A stretch of DNA of 64,000 nt from Candidatus Eiseniibacteriota bacterium (GCA_963783375.1 CAWANH010000028.1:1152001-1216000); one strand, 5' to 3'; positions 37,486-48,532 are shown, counted from the stretch's first letter. Translations and numbers: made by a program. Notes: generated by a model not told the origin, from the sequence alone.

Positions 37486-38061
37486 ATGAAGATTCAAACC
37501 TGGACGATCGGAGTCTTGGCCGGAACCCTGGCCCTCGGGCTCGGGGCGTGCGGGAAGGAGCAGGGGGCGGCCTCTCGGACCCCGCCTTCCCACACCCGGG
37601 CCGAGGTCCGGCTGGACGAGCCCGGACCCATCCGTCCCGGGACCACCTTTCCGAACGTCTCCTTGACCACCCTGGACGGCCGGACCTTGGGAGCGGACGA
37701 ACTGCTCCTCGGAAAGCAGTCCCTGGTGCTCTTCGCCTCGACCACCTGCGAGGCGTGCCATGAGCTGATCGAGACCTGGAGCAAGGAAGCGGACGGACTT
37801 CCCGGTGACGTTCAGATCGTGACCGTCCTGGACGAGGACGTGGACTTCGCCCGGAAGTGGCGGGAGAAGACCGGCTTCATGTTTCCGCTCTTCTGCGACA
37901 CGCGGAGCGCGTTCTCCCAGGAACACGACATGAGCGTCTATCCCACCGTGGTCGGCGTCTCTCCGGAAGGCCGGGTCAAGTTCGTGATGCGGGCGGCGAC
38001 CCCGCTCTTCACCCCGGCGCGGGCGGCCGCGGCACTCAAACAGGCGGAAGGGGAGGGCTGA
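37486..38061 (+). CDS. Thioredoxin-fold redoxin lipoprotein (TlpA/AhpC-TSA-like)
   Basis: Lipobox LGAC; CEAC active site; VYPT cis-Pro motif. Confidence 0.78.
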   Translation: MKIQTWTIGVLAGTLALGLGACGKEQGAASRTPPSHTRAEVRLDEPGPIRPGTTFPNVSLTTLDGRTLGADELLLGKQSLVLFASTTCEACHELIETWSKEADGLPGDVQIVTVLDEDVDFARKWREKTGFMFPLFCDTRSAFSQEHDMSVYPTVVGVSPEGRVKFVMRAATPLFTPARAAAALKQAEGEG

Positions 38062-38066
38062 CGCTC

Positions 38067-38720
38067 ATGGAATCGCTCCAAGGCCGGGTGGCGGTGATCA
38101 CCGGGACGAGTCGCGGGCTGGGAAAGGCGCTCGCCGAGGCGTTTGCCGGGGCGGGGGCCTCGGTGGTGGGGGCCTCGCGGAGCGCCGGGGTGGACGTGAC
38201 CCGCCCCGATCAGGCGCGGCGGCTCATGGACGGCGCGATGAAGGCCCACGGCCGGATCGACATCCTGATCAACAACGCCGGGGTCCTCACCCCGCGAAAG
38301 CCTCTGGTCGAGGTCACCGACCGGGAGTGGGACACGTCCATCGCGGTCAACCTCACCGCGGTTTTTCTCTGCACGCGCGAAGCGCTCCGCCACATGCTCC
38401 CCCGGCTGAACGGCCTCATCGTGAACGTCTCCTCTGGGGTGGCCACGCGGGCCGCTCCCACCTGGGGTCCCTATGCGGCGGCGAAATGGGGAGTGGAGGG
38501 CCTCACGCGGCTCACCGCCGAAGAGGTGAAGGAGGCGGGGATCCGCGTGGTGGCGGTGAACCCCGGGCGCACCCGCACCGAAATGCGGGCGGCGGCTTAT
38601 CCCGAGGAGGACCGGAGCACGGTCAAGACCCCCGAGGAGACCGCCCGCTTCTTCCTGGCTCTGGCCACGGGCGGGGCCCCCTTCGAGACCGGGGCCTCGC
38701 TGGAGTACGGGGAGGTCTGA
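38067..38720 (+). CDS. Short-chain dehydrogenase/reductase
   Basis: TGTSRGLG, NNAG, YAAAK and NPGRTRT. Confidence 0.92.
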   Translation: MESLQGRVAVITGTSRGLGKALAEAFAGAGASVVGASRSAGVDVTRPDQARRLMDGAMKAHGRIDILINNAGVLTPRKPLVEVTDREWDTSIAVNLTAVFLCTREALRHMLPRLNGLIVNVSSGVATRAAPTWGPYAAAKWGVEGLTRLTAEEVKEAGIRVVAVNPGRTRTEMRAAAYPEEDRSTVKTPEETARFFLALATGGAPFETGASLEYGEV

Positions 38721-38801
38721 GCCCGGGTCGGAGGGCCGATCCCTGTGGCGCCGGCTGAAGTCGCGGGTGGCACGGGAGTGATCTGGCGATGGTCGGCGCC
38801 A

Positions 38802-38826
38802 TAATCACCTAAAAAACAATGAGTTA
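38802..38826. promoter_or_regulatory. 25-bp dyad / IHF-like site
   Basis: TAATCACCTAAAAAACAATGAGTTA; AAACAA-TGAG-TTA is one mismatch from WATCAANNNNTTR. Confidence 0.4.
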
Positions 38827-39203
38827 TAGGCCGCCTCCTCCAGGCGGCATCGAAGCCGGGCGAGGGATCCGGGCCCGGTCATCCCTGATCCGAGGGACCC
38901 TGCCCCCCGGTATTTGCAATTCCTTGACCGGGCTCATTGACTGGCCGGTGCTCCCCCCCCACGATCCCGAGCAGAAGATCGGCCATGTGTATCTTGCCGT
39001 GTTGTCCGCGGCTGTTGTCCTCCCTGACGGGGCCGCCATCGCCGGGGGGGACCGGGAGCCTCTGCGGTCCACGGCGGATCCGGTCCGGACGGACGCGGCC
39101 CCTGTCGTCCGTGTTGGATCCAGATTCCTCTTCCCCGGGAATCGGCGCCGATCGGGGTGGGGATCGACTGTGCCGGCGGCGATATCGGGAGGTTCCAAAG
39201 CAG

Positions 39204-39917
39204 ATGAGCGAGCACGAACGACGGACGTCCCAGGCACCCAGTCAGCTCGACCACGTAGGCGATTCCCGCCGCACCATCCTCACCTCCATCAAGGAGAACG
39301 AGCGGGCCACGATCGCCCAGCTGGCCGCGCTCCTGGGGTCGACTCGGGAAGCGGTGCGTCAGCACCTGGTTCAACTCACGCGGTTGGGTTGGGTGAGGGC
39401 CACCGTGGAGACGCCCCGCAAGAAGGGTCATGGGGGCCGTCCCGCGGCCTCCTACTCCCTGACTCCGGACGGCGAGCAGGTTTTCCCCAAGCAATACGAT
39501 CGGTTGAGCGTCGATCTCCTCGCCATCATCGGGGACGAGTTGGGACCCGAAGCCAGGCTGAAGGTGCTGAAGGGTATGGCCGACCGGTGTGTCCGGGACT
39601 GGACGCCCCGCCTCGCCGGCCTTCCCCTGGAGGCCCGGGTCGTGGCGCTCAAGGGCATCTATTCGCCGGGGGATCCCTATACCACGACGGAGCGCGTCGC
39701 GGGCGGATACCGCCTGATCGAACGAAACTGCCCGTATCTCAAGGTTGCGTTGGAGCGTCCGGAGTTCTGCAGCGTCACCGTGAATGCGATGATCCGGCTC
39801 CTGGGAACCCAAGTGACCCGGGAAGAGCGGTTCCAGGACGGCGGCAGCCGCTGCGTCTTCCGGGTTCTTGCCGACCGCCCGGTCGGCGACCAGCGGTTCG
39901 AGCTGGAACCGGACTAG
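39204..39917 (+). CDS. SufR-like winged-HTH transcriptional regulator
   Basis: TIAQLAALLG...AVRQHL..L...GWV, GRP..Y.LT..G...FPKQY; C-terminal NCP-x-C-x-RC cysteines. Confidence 0.82.
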   Translation: MSEHERRTSQAPSQLDHVGDSRRTILTSIKENERATIAQLAALLGSTREAVRQHLVQLTRLGWVRATVETPRKKGHGGRPAASYSLTPDGEQVFPKQYDRLSVDLLAIIGDELGPEARLKVLKGMADRCVRDWTPRLAGLPLEARVVALKGIYSPGDPYTTTERVAGGYRLIERNCPYLKVALERPEFCSVTVNAMIRLLGTQVTREERFQDGGSRCVFRVLADRPVGDQRFELEPD

Positions 39918-40182
39918 CCTGATACTCACGCGCGCCCGCGCCCGCTCCGGCGGCCGTCCGGCGGCCGGGGCGGCGGCGTGCGCGGAGGACCCCGACCGTT
40001 CGTCGGACGGGTGGGGCAAACCGCCCGACGCACCGGCCCCTGCGCGGGATCTCGCAGCTCCCCCCGGACCCGCCGTTCTCCCCTGAAGGTCCACCCCGTG
40101 CGGCCGATCCCTTACCTGGATAGGCCCCCGGTCCCCGGCACCCAGACCGGCCGACGCCGTCCCGCATCCCTTGGAGGACACC

Positions 40183-41304
40183 ATGTTGAGACGTTCGCTG
40201 CCCGCCCGCCTTATCGCCGTCGTTTCCCTGGCGCTGGTTCCGATCATCGTCCTGGCGTGTCCCATCCCGGCCCTCGCCCAGACCCCGGCCGAGGAGGTCG
40301 TGGAACTGGTGAACCAGGAGCGGTGGACCAACGGCCAGCTCCCGCCGCTCAAGCAGGACGACCTGCTCGACGCCTCGGCTCAGACCCACTCCGGCGACAT
40401 GGCCGCCCGGGACTTCTTCGCCCATTGCGATCTCGACACCGGGACCCTCCCCTGGGACCGCATGACCGCCGCGGGCTACGCCTGGAACAGCGCCGGCGAG
40501 AATATCGCCGCGGGGTACGGCAGCCCGTCCGCGGTGATGGCCGGGTGGATGGCCAGCTCCGGCCACCGCGCGAACATCCTCTCCACGAGCTACCGGGAGA
40601 TCGGGGTGGGCTACGAATACCAGACGACCGACCAGGCCGACATCCGCTACGACTCCGACGGCGACTGCGCGGCCGACAGCTATAACCACGGCCCCTTCTA
40701 CCGCTACTGGACGCAGAACTTCGGCCGGCGGAGCAATGTCTATCCCGTGATCATCGCCCGCGAAGCGCCTGAGACCGACACCCCCGCGGTGTCCCTTTAC
40801 GTGTACGGCGCGGGCTGGGCCCAGGAGATGCGCTTCCGGAACGAGAACGGCTCCTGGTCGGCCTGGATGCCCTACAGCGCGGACACCGGATGGACCCTGA
40901 GTCCGGGGAACGGCGAGAAGACGGTGAACGCGGAGCTCAGGAGCGGGACCACGGTGCTCAGCACCTCGGACCGGATCATGCTCAACGCCCCGGTGACCGC
41001 GGTCCCCGGCGGGGACGTCTCCCTCACCGGGCCGACCCTCCACCGCGCCTTTCCCAACCCCTTCCGCGACGCAACCCGGATCGCCTACCAGCTGGCGGCG
41101 CCCGGGCCGGTCCGGCTCGACGTGTTCGACATCGCCGGCCGCCGGGTCGCGGTGCTTGCCGACCTCGAGGCCCCGGCGGGCCGCCACGAGATCACCTGGA
41201 ACGGCCGCACCGACGCCGGTCTCCGCGCGGGGCGGGGGATCTACTTCGTCCGGCTCCGCGCCGCCGGTGAGACGCGGACGGTGAAGGTGGTGCTGGAGAA
41301 CTGA
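40183..41304 (+). CDS. CAP/SCP domain protein with C-terminal FlgD-Ig/T9SS-like sorting domain
   Basis: AQTHSGDMAARDFFAH, GENIAAG, WMASSGHRANIL, YWTQNFG; C-terminal FPNPF...GRRV...WNGR...GIYFVRL. Confidence 0.88.
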   Translation: MLRRSLPARLIAVVSLALVPIIVLACPIPALAQTPAEEVVELVNQERWTNGQLPPLKQDDLLDASAQTHSGDMAARDFFAHCDLDTGTLPWDRMTAAGYAWNSAGENIAAGYGSPSAVMAGWMASSGHRANILSTSYREIGVGYEYQTTDQADIRYDSDGDCAADSYNHGPFYRYWTQNFGRRSNVYPVIIAREAPETDTPAVSLYVYGAGWAQEMRFRNENGSWSAWMPYSADTGWTLSPGNGEKTVNAELRSGTTVLSTSDRIMLNAPVTAVPGGDVSLTGPTLHRAFPNPFRDATRIAYQLAAPGPVRLDVFDIAGRRVAVLADLEAPAGRHEITWNGRTDAGLRAGRGIYFVRLRAAGETRTVKVVLEN

Positions 41305-41572
41305 GCCCTTCCCGGCGAGGCGCGCGCGGGCCCCCCCGGCGGTGGAGCCCGCGACGGGGCTGATGCGGATTCGCAACGGATTGCGGTTTTCGAGCCAATC
41401 CTGTCTCCGCGCCCCCCGCCCGGTGCAATTCCGCCGCATTCGACGAGGCCGCGGCCCGGCGGGCTGAATTCCCTTCAGCGCGGTCGCGCCCTCCCCGATC
41501 CTATATCCATCGCCACGGTCGGAGCCGGCGCCCGGCGCCGGAGGCGGCCCCACGGTGGAATGGAGTCCCTGG

Positions 41573-43270
41573 ATGACCGTTACCCGCCCCGACAGGATTG
41601 GATCGACCCCGGCCCTGTCCGAGTTCGAGCATCTGGTCTTCGATCTCTCGACCCGCTTCATCCGGATGCCGCCGGAGGAGATCAGCGCGGGGATCGAGGA
41701 CGCCCTGGAGATCGTCGGCCGCTTCGCCGAGGTCGACCTGGCCTACATCTTCCTTCGCCTGGAGAACCAGCAAAAGGTCGATCTGGCCTACCTATGGCAG
41801 CGGGAGAGCGTTTCATCGACGCGGGAGCCCACCCGGGGACTGTCCTTGCGCAACGTTCCCTGGTTGGCGCGGCAAATCCTGACCGGCCAGGTGGTCAACG
41901 TGCCCGACGTGGGCATGCTCCCTCCCGCGGCGTCGGCCGATCGCGCTTTCCTGGAGGACCGGGGCGTGCGAGCCACCCTCGCGGTTCCGCTCACCGCGGG
42001 AGGGGAAATCCTCGGCGCTCTCGGCTTCGAACTCCTCGACCGGGCCAACCGGTGGAGCGAGCCGGACGCCGCCCTCCTGAAGCTCACCGGGGAGGTGATC
42101 GCCAATGCCCTCACCCGGAAGCTCGGCGACCAGGCGATCCGGCGGACCCGGGAGTTCAACCGCGTGCTCATCGACGCCTTCCCCGACCTCACCATGCGGG
42201 TCAGGGAGGACGGGCTCGTGCTCGACTTCAATGCGGCCCCGGGCTTCCGCATGTACGCGCCCCCGGAGGAGGCCATCGGCAAGACCCTGTCGGAGATCCT
42301 CCCTCCCTCGGTGGCGTCCCAGGCGATGATCTCGATTCGCAGGAGCCTCGCCACCCGGACCCCCCAGACCGTCGAAACGGAGATGCCCTTTCCGGAGGGG
42401 ATCCGTCACATGGAAGTCCGGCACATTCCCGTGGGCGACCGGGAGATCCTGTCCATCATCCGCGACGTCACCGAGCGCCACCAGACGGAACAGTTCCTCC
42501 GCCAGACCCAGAGGCTCGAGAGCGTCGGAGTGCTGGCGGGCGGGGTGGCCCACGACTTCAACAACCTCCTCACCGGCATCATCGGCCAGAACGAGCTGGC
42601 CCTGGCCAAGCTCGACCCGGACAGCCCGGTCCGCGGCCACCTGAAGAAGGCGGTCGCCGCATCCTTGCGGGCGGCGGGATTGGTCCGCCAGCTCCTGGCC
42701 TACGCCGGGAAGACCCAGTTCAGGATGGAGTCGGTGGATCTGAACCACCTGATCTCCTCGAGCCGGGAACTCCTGGAAAGCGCGTTTCCCGGTGGGGGCA
42801 GGCTCGAGCTGGATCTGGCCGCCGGGCTGAAACCGATCGCCGGCGATCGGAGCGAAATCCAGCAGGTGCTCATGAACCTGGTGATGAACGCGGCCGAGGC
42901 CCTGGAGGGACGGGCGGGCCGAATCGACGTCCGGACCTTTGCGTGCCGGGAAGGAGAAACGTCGGCGGAGTCGCTCTTCGTGGGAAACCGCCCTCCGAGC
43001 GCCGCGGGCTGCGTGGTGCTGGAGGTGATCGACCAGGGCCAGGGCATGGACGAGGCCACCCTGAGCCGCATCTTCGACCCGTTCTACTCCACCCGGTCCC
43101 TGGGACGGGGCCTGGGCCTGTCCGCCGCTCTCGGCATCATCCATGCCCACGCGGGCGGGCTCCAGGTGGAGAGCGCGCCGGGAGAGGGGAGCCGCTTCCG
43201 GGTCTTTCTCCCCGTCGCCGACCTCCCGGACGACTCGGCGCCGCCGGTTCAGGAACGATCGCCCGGATAG
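41573..43270 (+). CDS. Cytoplasmic GAF-PAS sensor histidine kinase
   Basis: H box AHDFNN, N box QVLMNLVMNA, DQGQGM, FDPFYST, GRGLGL. No TM segment or receiver domain seen. Confidence 0.9.
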   Translation: MTVTRPDRIGSTPALSEFEHLVFDLSTRFIRMPPEEISAGIEDALEIVGRFAEVDLAYIFLRLENQQKVDLAYLWQRESVSSTREPTRGLSLRNVPWLARQILTGQVVNVPDVGMLPPAASADRAFLEDRGVRATLAVPLTAGGEILGALGFELLDRANRWSEPDAALLKLTGEVIANALTRKLGDQAIRRTREFNRVLIDAFPDLTMRVREDGLVLDFNAAPGFRMYAPPEEAIGKTLSEILPPSVASQAMISIRRSLATRTPQTVETEMPFPEGIRHMEVRHIPVGDREILSIIRDVTERHQTEQFLRQTQRLESVGVLAGGVAHDFNNLLTGIIGQNELALAKLDPDSPVRGHLKKAVAASLRAAGLVRQLLAYAGKTQFRMESVDLNHLISSSRELLESAFPGGGRLELDLAAGLKPIAGDRSEIQQVLMNLVMNAAEALEGRAGRIDVRTFACREGETSAESLFVGNRPPSAAGCVVLEVIDQGQGMDEATLSRIFDPFYSTRSLGRGLGLSAALGIIHAHAGGLQVESAPGEGSRFRVFLPVADLPDDSAPPVQERSPG

Positions 43271-46200
43271 ATCCGAAGCGGGGCCGGACGCGGGCGCCGG
43301 GCAAGCGCCCGGCGCGCCTCCCAGTCCTCGGCGGGGTCGAGCCGGTCCAGGGTCCGGGTCTCCCCGGCCGCCCGCACCGCCAGGGGGATCCCGTCCCGGT
43401 AGAGCACGCGGTTTCCGGAGAGGGCGGGGAGCCGCGGGCCGGGGGTGAGGATGCCGACGAGGTTCAGGGGATCCGCGCCGCTCACCGAGACCAGCTCGCC
43501 CGACCCGCCCTGTCGACGCATCTCGCGGAGCGTGCCCACCGCCTCGGGGAGCGCGTACTGCTCTCCCGAGAATCCGTTCACGAACCGCCCCCCGCGGATC
43601 TCCCCGCGGGCCTCCAGCCGCCGGTACACCCGGAGGAGATCCCGCCAGGGTGGAAGCGGCCCCTCCCGTTCCAATAGCATTCGAAATACGACACCGTAAC
43701 GCCGGAGAAGCACGCGGGCGATCGTTTCCATTCCATCCGGGGCGAGGGAGGCCGGGCGATCCTCCGCCGGCTCCGGCCGCGGGAGCACCGACCAGCGTCC
43801 GCCGTCCTCGACCCCGAAGGGGGCGCGGCGGCCCCGGCGCGATCCCCCCCTTACCGGCCGCCGCCGGCCGCTGGGGACGAGAAGGGACCGTAGGCCGGTG
43901 AAGCTGTCCGCGGTCACGAGCCCCGCCGCCACCAGCTCGCCCAGGGCCCCCTCGATCTGGGTGCGGAGGAGGCCGGTGCCGGCGAGGATCTCCTCGAAGA
44001 AGGAAGCCCCCCGCCGTTCCAGATGCTCCAGCACCGCCCCGGCCGGGCCGCGGAGCGCGGTCCGCTCCGGCCTTTCCCGGGAAACGTCCAGCCAGAGGGG
44101 AAGGTTCCGCCGCGCCACCAGGGCCACCGGGGTGGTGCGGACCGGGCCGCCTCGGGTCCGGGGGCGGGCGTCCGCCGCCCGAGGCCCCGGCGCGGATCCC
44201 TCGTTCTCCGCCGGCCGGAGGGTCTCGTTTCCTCCGCGCCCCTTGCCGGCGCCGGCCGGCCTCACCCGCGCCCATGCCGTCCGCCCCGAGAGGCAGAGCG
44301 AATCCAGCCAGGCGGGGTCGTAGTCCGCGACCCGGGCGGGGAGGATGTCCCCCTCCCAGGCCACCGCCGGGGCCTCGAAGCCTTCCAGCTGTTCCACCGC
44401 GCGGGCCAGGCTCGCCGGTCCCTCGGCCCGCTCACCCGCCACCCCCTGCCAGCGGAGGAGGAACCGCATGAACTCGGCGGGGGAAACCGGTTCGATCTCC
44501 CGGCGAAGCCGCTTCAGGGTGTAGCGATGGATGCGGGCCAGAAGCCCCCGCTCGCACCATTCGGTTTCGGTGCCGCCCGGGGTGAAGCGGCCGCGGAGCG
44601 CGATGCCCTCGGACTCCAGGGCGGCCAGGGCGGCCTCGGCGTCCGAAGCGGAGACCCCCAGGGGTGCGCCGAGCGATCCGGCGGTGACCGGCCCCAACCC
44701 CTCCAGACGGGCGCGCACCAGCTCCCGAAGCGCCTCCTCACGGCCCGGCGCGCGCGGCTCGGGGGCCTCGATCGCCGGTTCCAATACCGCGCCGGGAAAG
44801 CACCGCCCGAAGCTCGGGAAGCCGCTCCGCCGCCACCCATAGCTCCTGAGGGAACCCCGGGCGCGGTCATCACCGCGGCCCGCCGCTCCTTCCCCAGCGC
44901 CTCCAGGTGCGCGGCCAGGTCCCCGCCCGCGTCGCCCTCTCCGGCGGTGAGGAAGCCCAAGAGCACCAGCGCGTCGTGAAGCTCGTCGGGAGTCCGCGCC
45001 CGGGGCCAGGCTTCCTCCCGCACCCGTCGGATGGCGTCGGCGTCGAGCGCCCCCAGATCCGACGCGGTCTCGGGATCCAGCCAGCGCCGGCTCTGGACCG
45101 CCTGGGTGCGCCGCTCCTCCAGGGGCGCGTCGTCGAGGAAGGCATAGGGCTTGGCGTTCAGGATCTCCTGGGCCAGGGGCGAGGGTTCGCGGAGGTCGCG
45201 GGCCACAAGTGTTCGCTCCCCCCGCTCCATCGCGGTCAGGAGCGAGGTCAGCCCGTCGAGGTCCATGGCGTCGGTCAGGCAGTCGCGCAGGGTCTCCGCG
45301 ACCAGCGGGTGCTCGGGGATCTCCCGGTCGCCGGCGACGTTCTCCAGGCAAGCCATCTGGTCGGGGAAGATCACCGAGACCAGGTCGTCGGCCTCCATCC
45401 GCAGGAGCGGGGGCGCGACCTTCTTCCCGCCCCGGAAGCGCGGCACGGCCAGGGCGCGGGAAGCCGTCCACCGCCAGCGCACCGCGAAGAGCGGCGCGTC
45501 GAGGAGCGCCTGGGCCAGGACGTCCCCCACCGTGGCCGCGCTCAGGTAGCGGAACACCTCGTCCAGGGGGAAGCTGTGGGTTGGGCCCAGCGAGAGCACG
45601 ATGGCGTTCTCGTCGGCCGCGGCCTGGAGCTCGAAGTTGAACTTCCGGCAGAAGCGCTTGCGGAGCGCCAGCCCCCAGGCCCGGTTCAGCCGGCTTCCGA
45701 GGGGCGCGTGGAGAACGAGCTGCATCCCGCCGCTCTCGTCGAAGAACCGCTCCAGGATGAAGGTGTCCCCGGTGGGGAGCGCCCCCAGAGCCGCCCGGGC
45801 CGCGACCAGGTAGTCGGCGATCTGGGCCGCGGCGCCTTCGGGAAGGCCGGGAATCGCGGCCAGGCGCCCGCGGACGGCTTCGGGGTTCCCGTCGAGGGCC
45901 AGCGACCGGACGCGGGAGACGGCGGCGGAAAGCTCGTCGGTCCGGCCCGGCGCCTCCCCCAACCAGAACGGGATCGTGGGCGGGTGCCCCCCCGCGTCCT
46001 CCACCCGCACCGTCCCCGGCTCGATCCGGAGGATGCGCCAGGACGTGTTCCCGAGCTGGAAGATGTCCCCGGCCATGCTCTCCACCGCGAAGTCCTCGTT
46101 CACCGTCCCCACCGTCAGCTCGGCCGGCTCCAGCACCACCCGGTAGTCGGCGTTGTCGGGGATGGCGCCCCCCGAGGTGATGGCGGTGAGCCGCGCTCCC

Positions 46201-47642
46201 CGCCGGGGCCGGAGCCGGCGGTTCACCGCGTCCCGGTGGATCCACGCTCCGCGTCGGCCGCGCCGGGTGGTGAACCCCTCGGCCAGCATCCTCACCACCG
46301 CGTCGAACTCTTCGCGGGGGAGATCGCGGTAGGGGTGCGCCCGGCGGACCATCGCGTAGAGTTCCGCTTCGGTCCGCTCCTCCGAGGCCGCCACCTCGGC
46401 GGTGATCTGCTGGGCCAGGATGTCGAGGGGGGCGGCGGGGATCCGCAGGCGGTCCAGATCCCCGCGCTGGATCGCGTCGAGGAGCGCCGCGCCCTCCACC
46501 AGCTCGTCCCGGGAAAGGGGAAAGAGGCGCCCCTTGGGGAGCCCGGTGACCGCGTGGCCGGAGCGCCCCACCCGCTGGAGAAGGGTGGCGATGGAACGGG
46601 TGCTCCCGAGCTGGCAGACCAGGTCCACGTCGCCGATGTCGATCCCCAGCTCGAGCGAAGCGGTGGCCACCAGGGCCTTGAGCGAGCCGGCCTTGAGGCG
46701 CCCCTCCGCTCCCAGCCGCTGTTCCTTGGAGAGGCTCCCGTGATGGGACGTCACGTGCTCCGCCCCCAGCCGCTCGCTCAGGTGCCGCGCCGTCCGTTCG
46801 GCCATCCGCCGGGTGTTGACGAAGACCAGGGTAGTCCGGTGGGCGTCGATCAGCGCGGCCAGACGGTCGTAGATCTCCTCCCAGACCTCGTTCGACATCA
46901 CCGCCTCCAGCGGCGACGACGGGATCTCCACCGCCAGGTCCAGCTTCCGGGCGTGGCCGGTGTCGATGATCGCGCAGTCGGTGTCGGCGGCGCCGGTCAG
47001 AAACCGCGCCACCTCCTCGGTCGGGCGCTGGGTGGCGGAGAGGCCGATCCTGACCGGCGGCCGGCCGGCCAGGTCCGCGAGCCGTTCCAGGGAAAGGGCC
47101 AGGTGCGACCCGCGCTTGGTTCCCACCACCGCGTGGATCTCGTCCACGATCACCGTCCGCACGGTGCGAAGCATGCGGCGGCCGCGCTCACTGGTAAGGA
47201 GGATGTAGAGCGACTCCGGGGTGGTGACCACGATGTGGGGCGGACGGCGCACCATGGCCTCGCGCTGGCGGGCGGGGGTGTCGCCGGTTCGCACCAGCAC
47301 CCGGATGTCGATCTCCGGCCGTCCGCGCGCCGCCAGCTCCGCCCCGATCCCGGCCAGGGGTTCCCGGAGGTTCTTCTCCACGTCGTTGGACAGGGCCTTC
47401 AGCGGCGAGACGTAGAGGACGTGGGTCTCGTCGGTCAGCTCGTCCCGCTCCCCGCGGCGAACCAGGTCGTCCAGGGCGGCGAGAAAGGCGGCGAGGGTCT
47501 TTCCCGACCCGGTGGGCGCGGCGATCAGGGTGTGGCGGCCGGCCTGGATGGATGGCCAAGCCCGGGCTTGCGCCTCGGTGGGACCCGGGAAGCGCCCCTC
47601 GAACCAGGCGGACACCGCGGGATGGAAGGATGCGGAGTTCAT
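43249..47642 (-). CDS. lhr: Lhr-family DEAD/H-box helicase with two frameshifts near 44794-44860
   Basis: [29 protein letters not shown]; C-terminal [19 protein letters not shown] and DPLNL. The [12 protein letters not shown] linker lies in a third frame. Confidence 0.88.
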
Positions 47643-47887
47643 GGAAATCGATTGTACCCCATGGCCCCGCCGGTCCCGTCGCCGGCGTCTACGTCTACGT
47701 TCGTCCATGCGGTTCCCGCTTGACGGCCCCCCTCGGGATGTGGATTCTCCTATGCGTCAATGGCCGCCGCATTCTGGTTGGAGTACGCAGGCGGTTTTCC
47801 TCCGCCGGCCCGGGGGCCGGTTTCCTCTTGGTGGGGTGGTTCCATTCCCGTTCCAATCCGGTGACCTTGAGTCCCAGGAGGTTTGCC

Positions 47888-48532
47888 ATGTCTTCGACTC
47901 GTTGCCGCGCGCGGCTCGGTCTTTCGCGCGCGGGTCTCATGTCGCTCTTCGGTCTCGCGTTCGTGATCGCCGCCCTGCTCTCCGCGTGTCAGGCCCAGAA
48001 GCCGGCCTCGGATTCCTCCGGCGACATGTCCGCCGCCACCATGAGCCCGGTGGAGCGGGGGAAGTACCTGGTCACCACCATGGGGTGTAACGACTGTCAC
48101 ACCCCGTGGAAGATGGGGGCCCAGGGCCCCGAGCCGGACATGACCCGGCTGCTTTCCGGCCACCCCGCCGATGAGAAGCTCGGACCACCCCCGGCGATGG
48201 AGGGTGGATGGATGGTCGGGGGCTCGGCCAGCATGACCGCCTGGGCCGGCCCCTGGGGGATCAGCTACTCCGCCAACCTCACCCCGGATGAGACCACCGG
48301 GCTCGGTTCCTGGACCGAAGACATGTTCATCCAGACCCTCCGGAACGGGAAGCACATGGGAACCGGACGCCCGCTGCTTCCGCCCATGCCCTGGATGTGG
48401 TCCGGAAAGCTCTCCGACGAAGACCTGGGCGCCATGTTCGCATACCTCCAGTCCATTCCCGCGATCAAGAACCAGGTGCCCGATCCGGTACCGCCGGCCG
48501 GAGGCATGGGAGCTCCGTCCGGGGGCGAGTAG
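47888..48532 (+). CDS. c-type cytochrome lipoprotein
   Basis: AGGAGG RBS; lipobox LSAC; CNDCH haem motif; NLTPD.TGLG.W, PPMPW and YLQSIP. Confidence 0.88.
   Translation: MSSTRCRARLGLSRAGLMSLFGLAFVIAALLSACQAQKPASDSSGDMSAATMSPVERGKYLVTTMGCNDCHTPWKMGAQGPEPDMTRLLSGHPADEKLGPPPAMEGGWMVGGSASMTAWAGPWGISYSANLTPDETTGLGSWTEDMFIQTLRNGKHMGTGRPLLPPMPWMWSGKLSDEDLGAMFAYLQSIPAIKNQVPDPVPPAGGMGAPSGGE

Noticed and set aside
37486-38061. Possible selenoprotein (UGA readthrough), given the sen genes
   Set aside because: The redoxin has plain CEAC, and I saw no in-frame TGA at a catalytic Cys position in the genes examined.
38768-38782. TGGCACGGGAGTGAT as a sigma54 promoter
   Set aside because: Good -24 element but no GC at -12.
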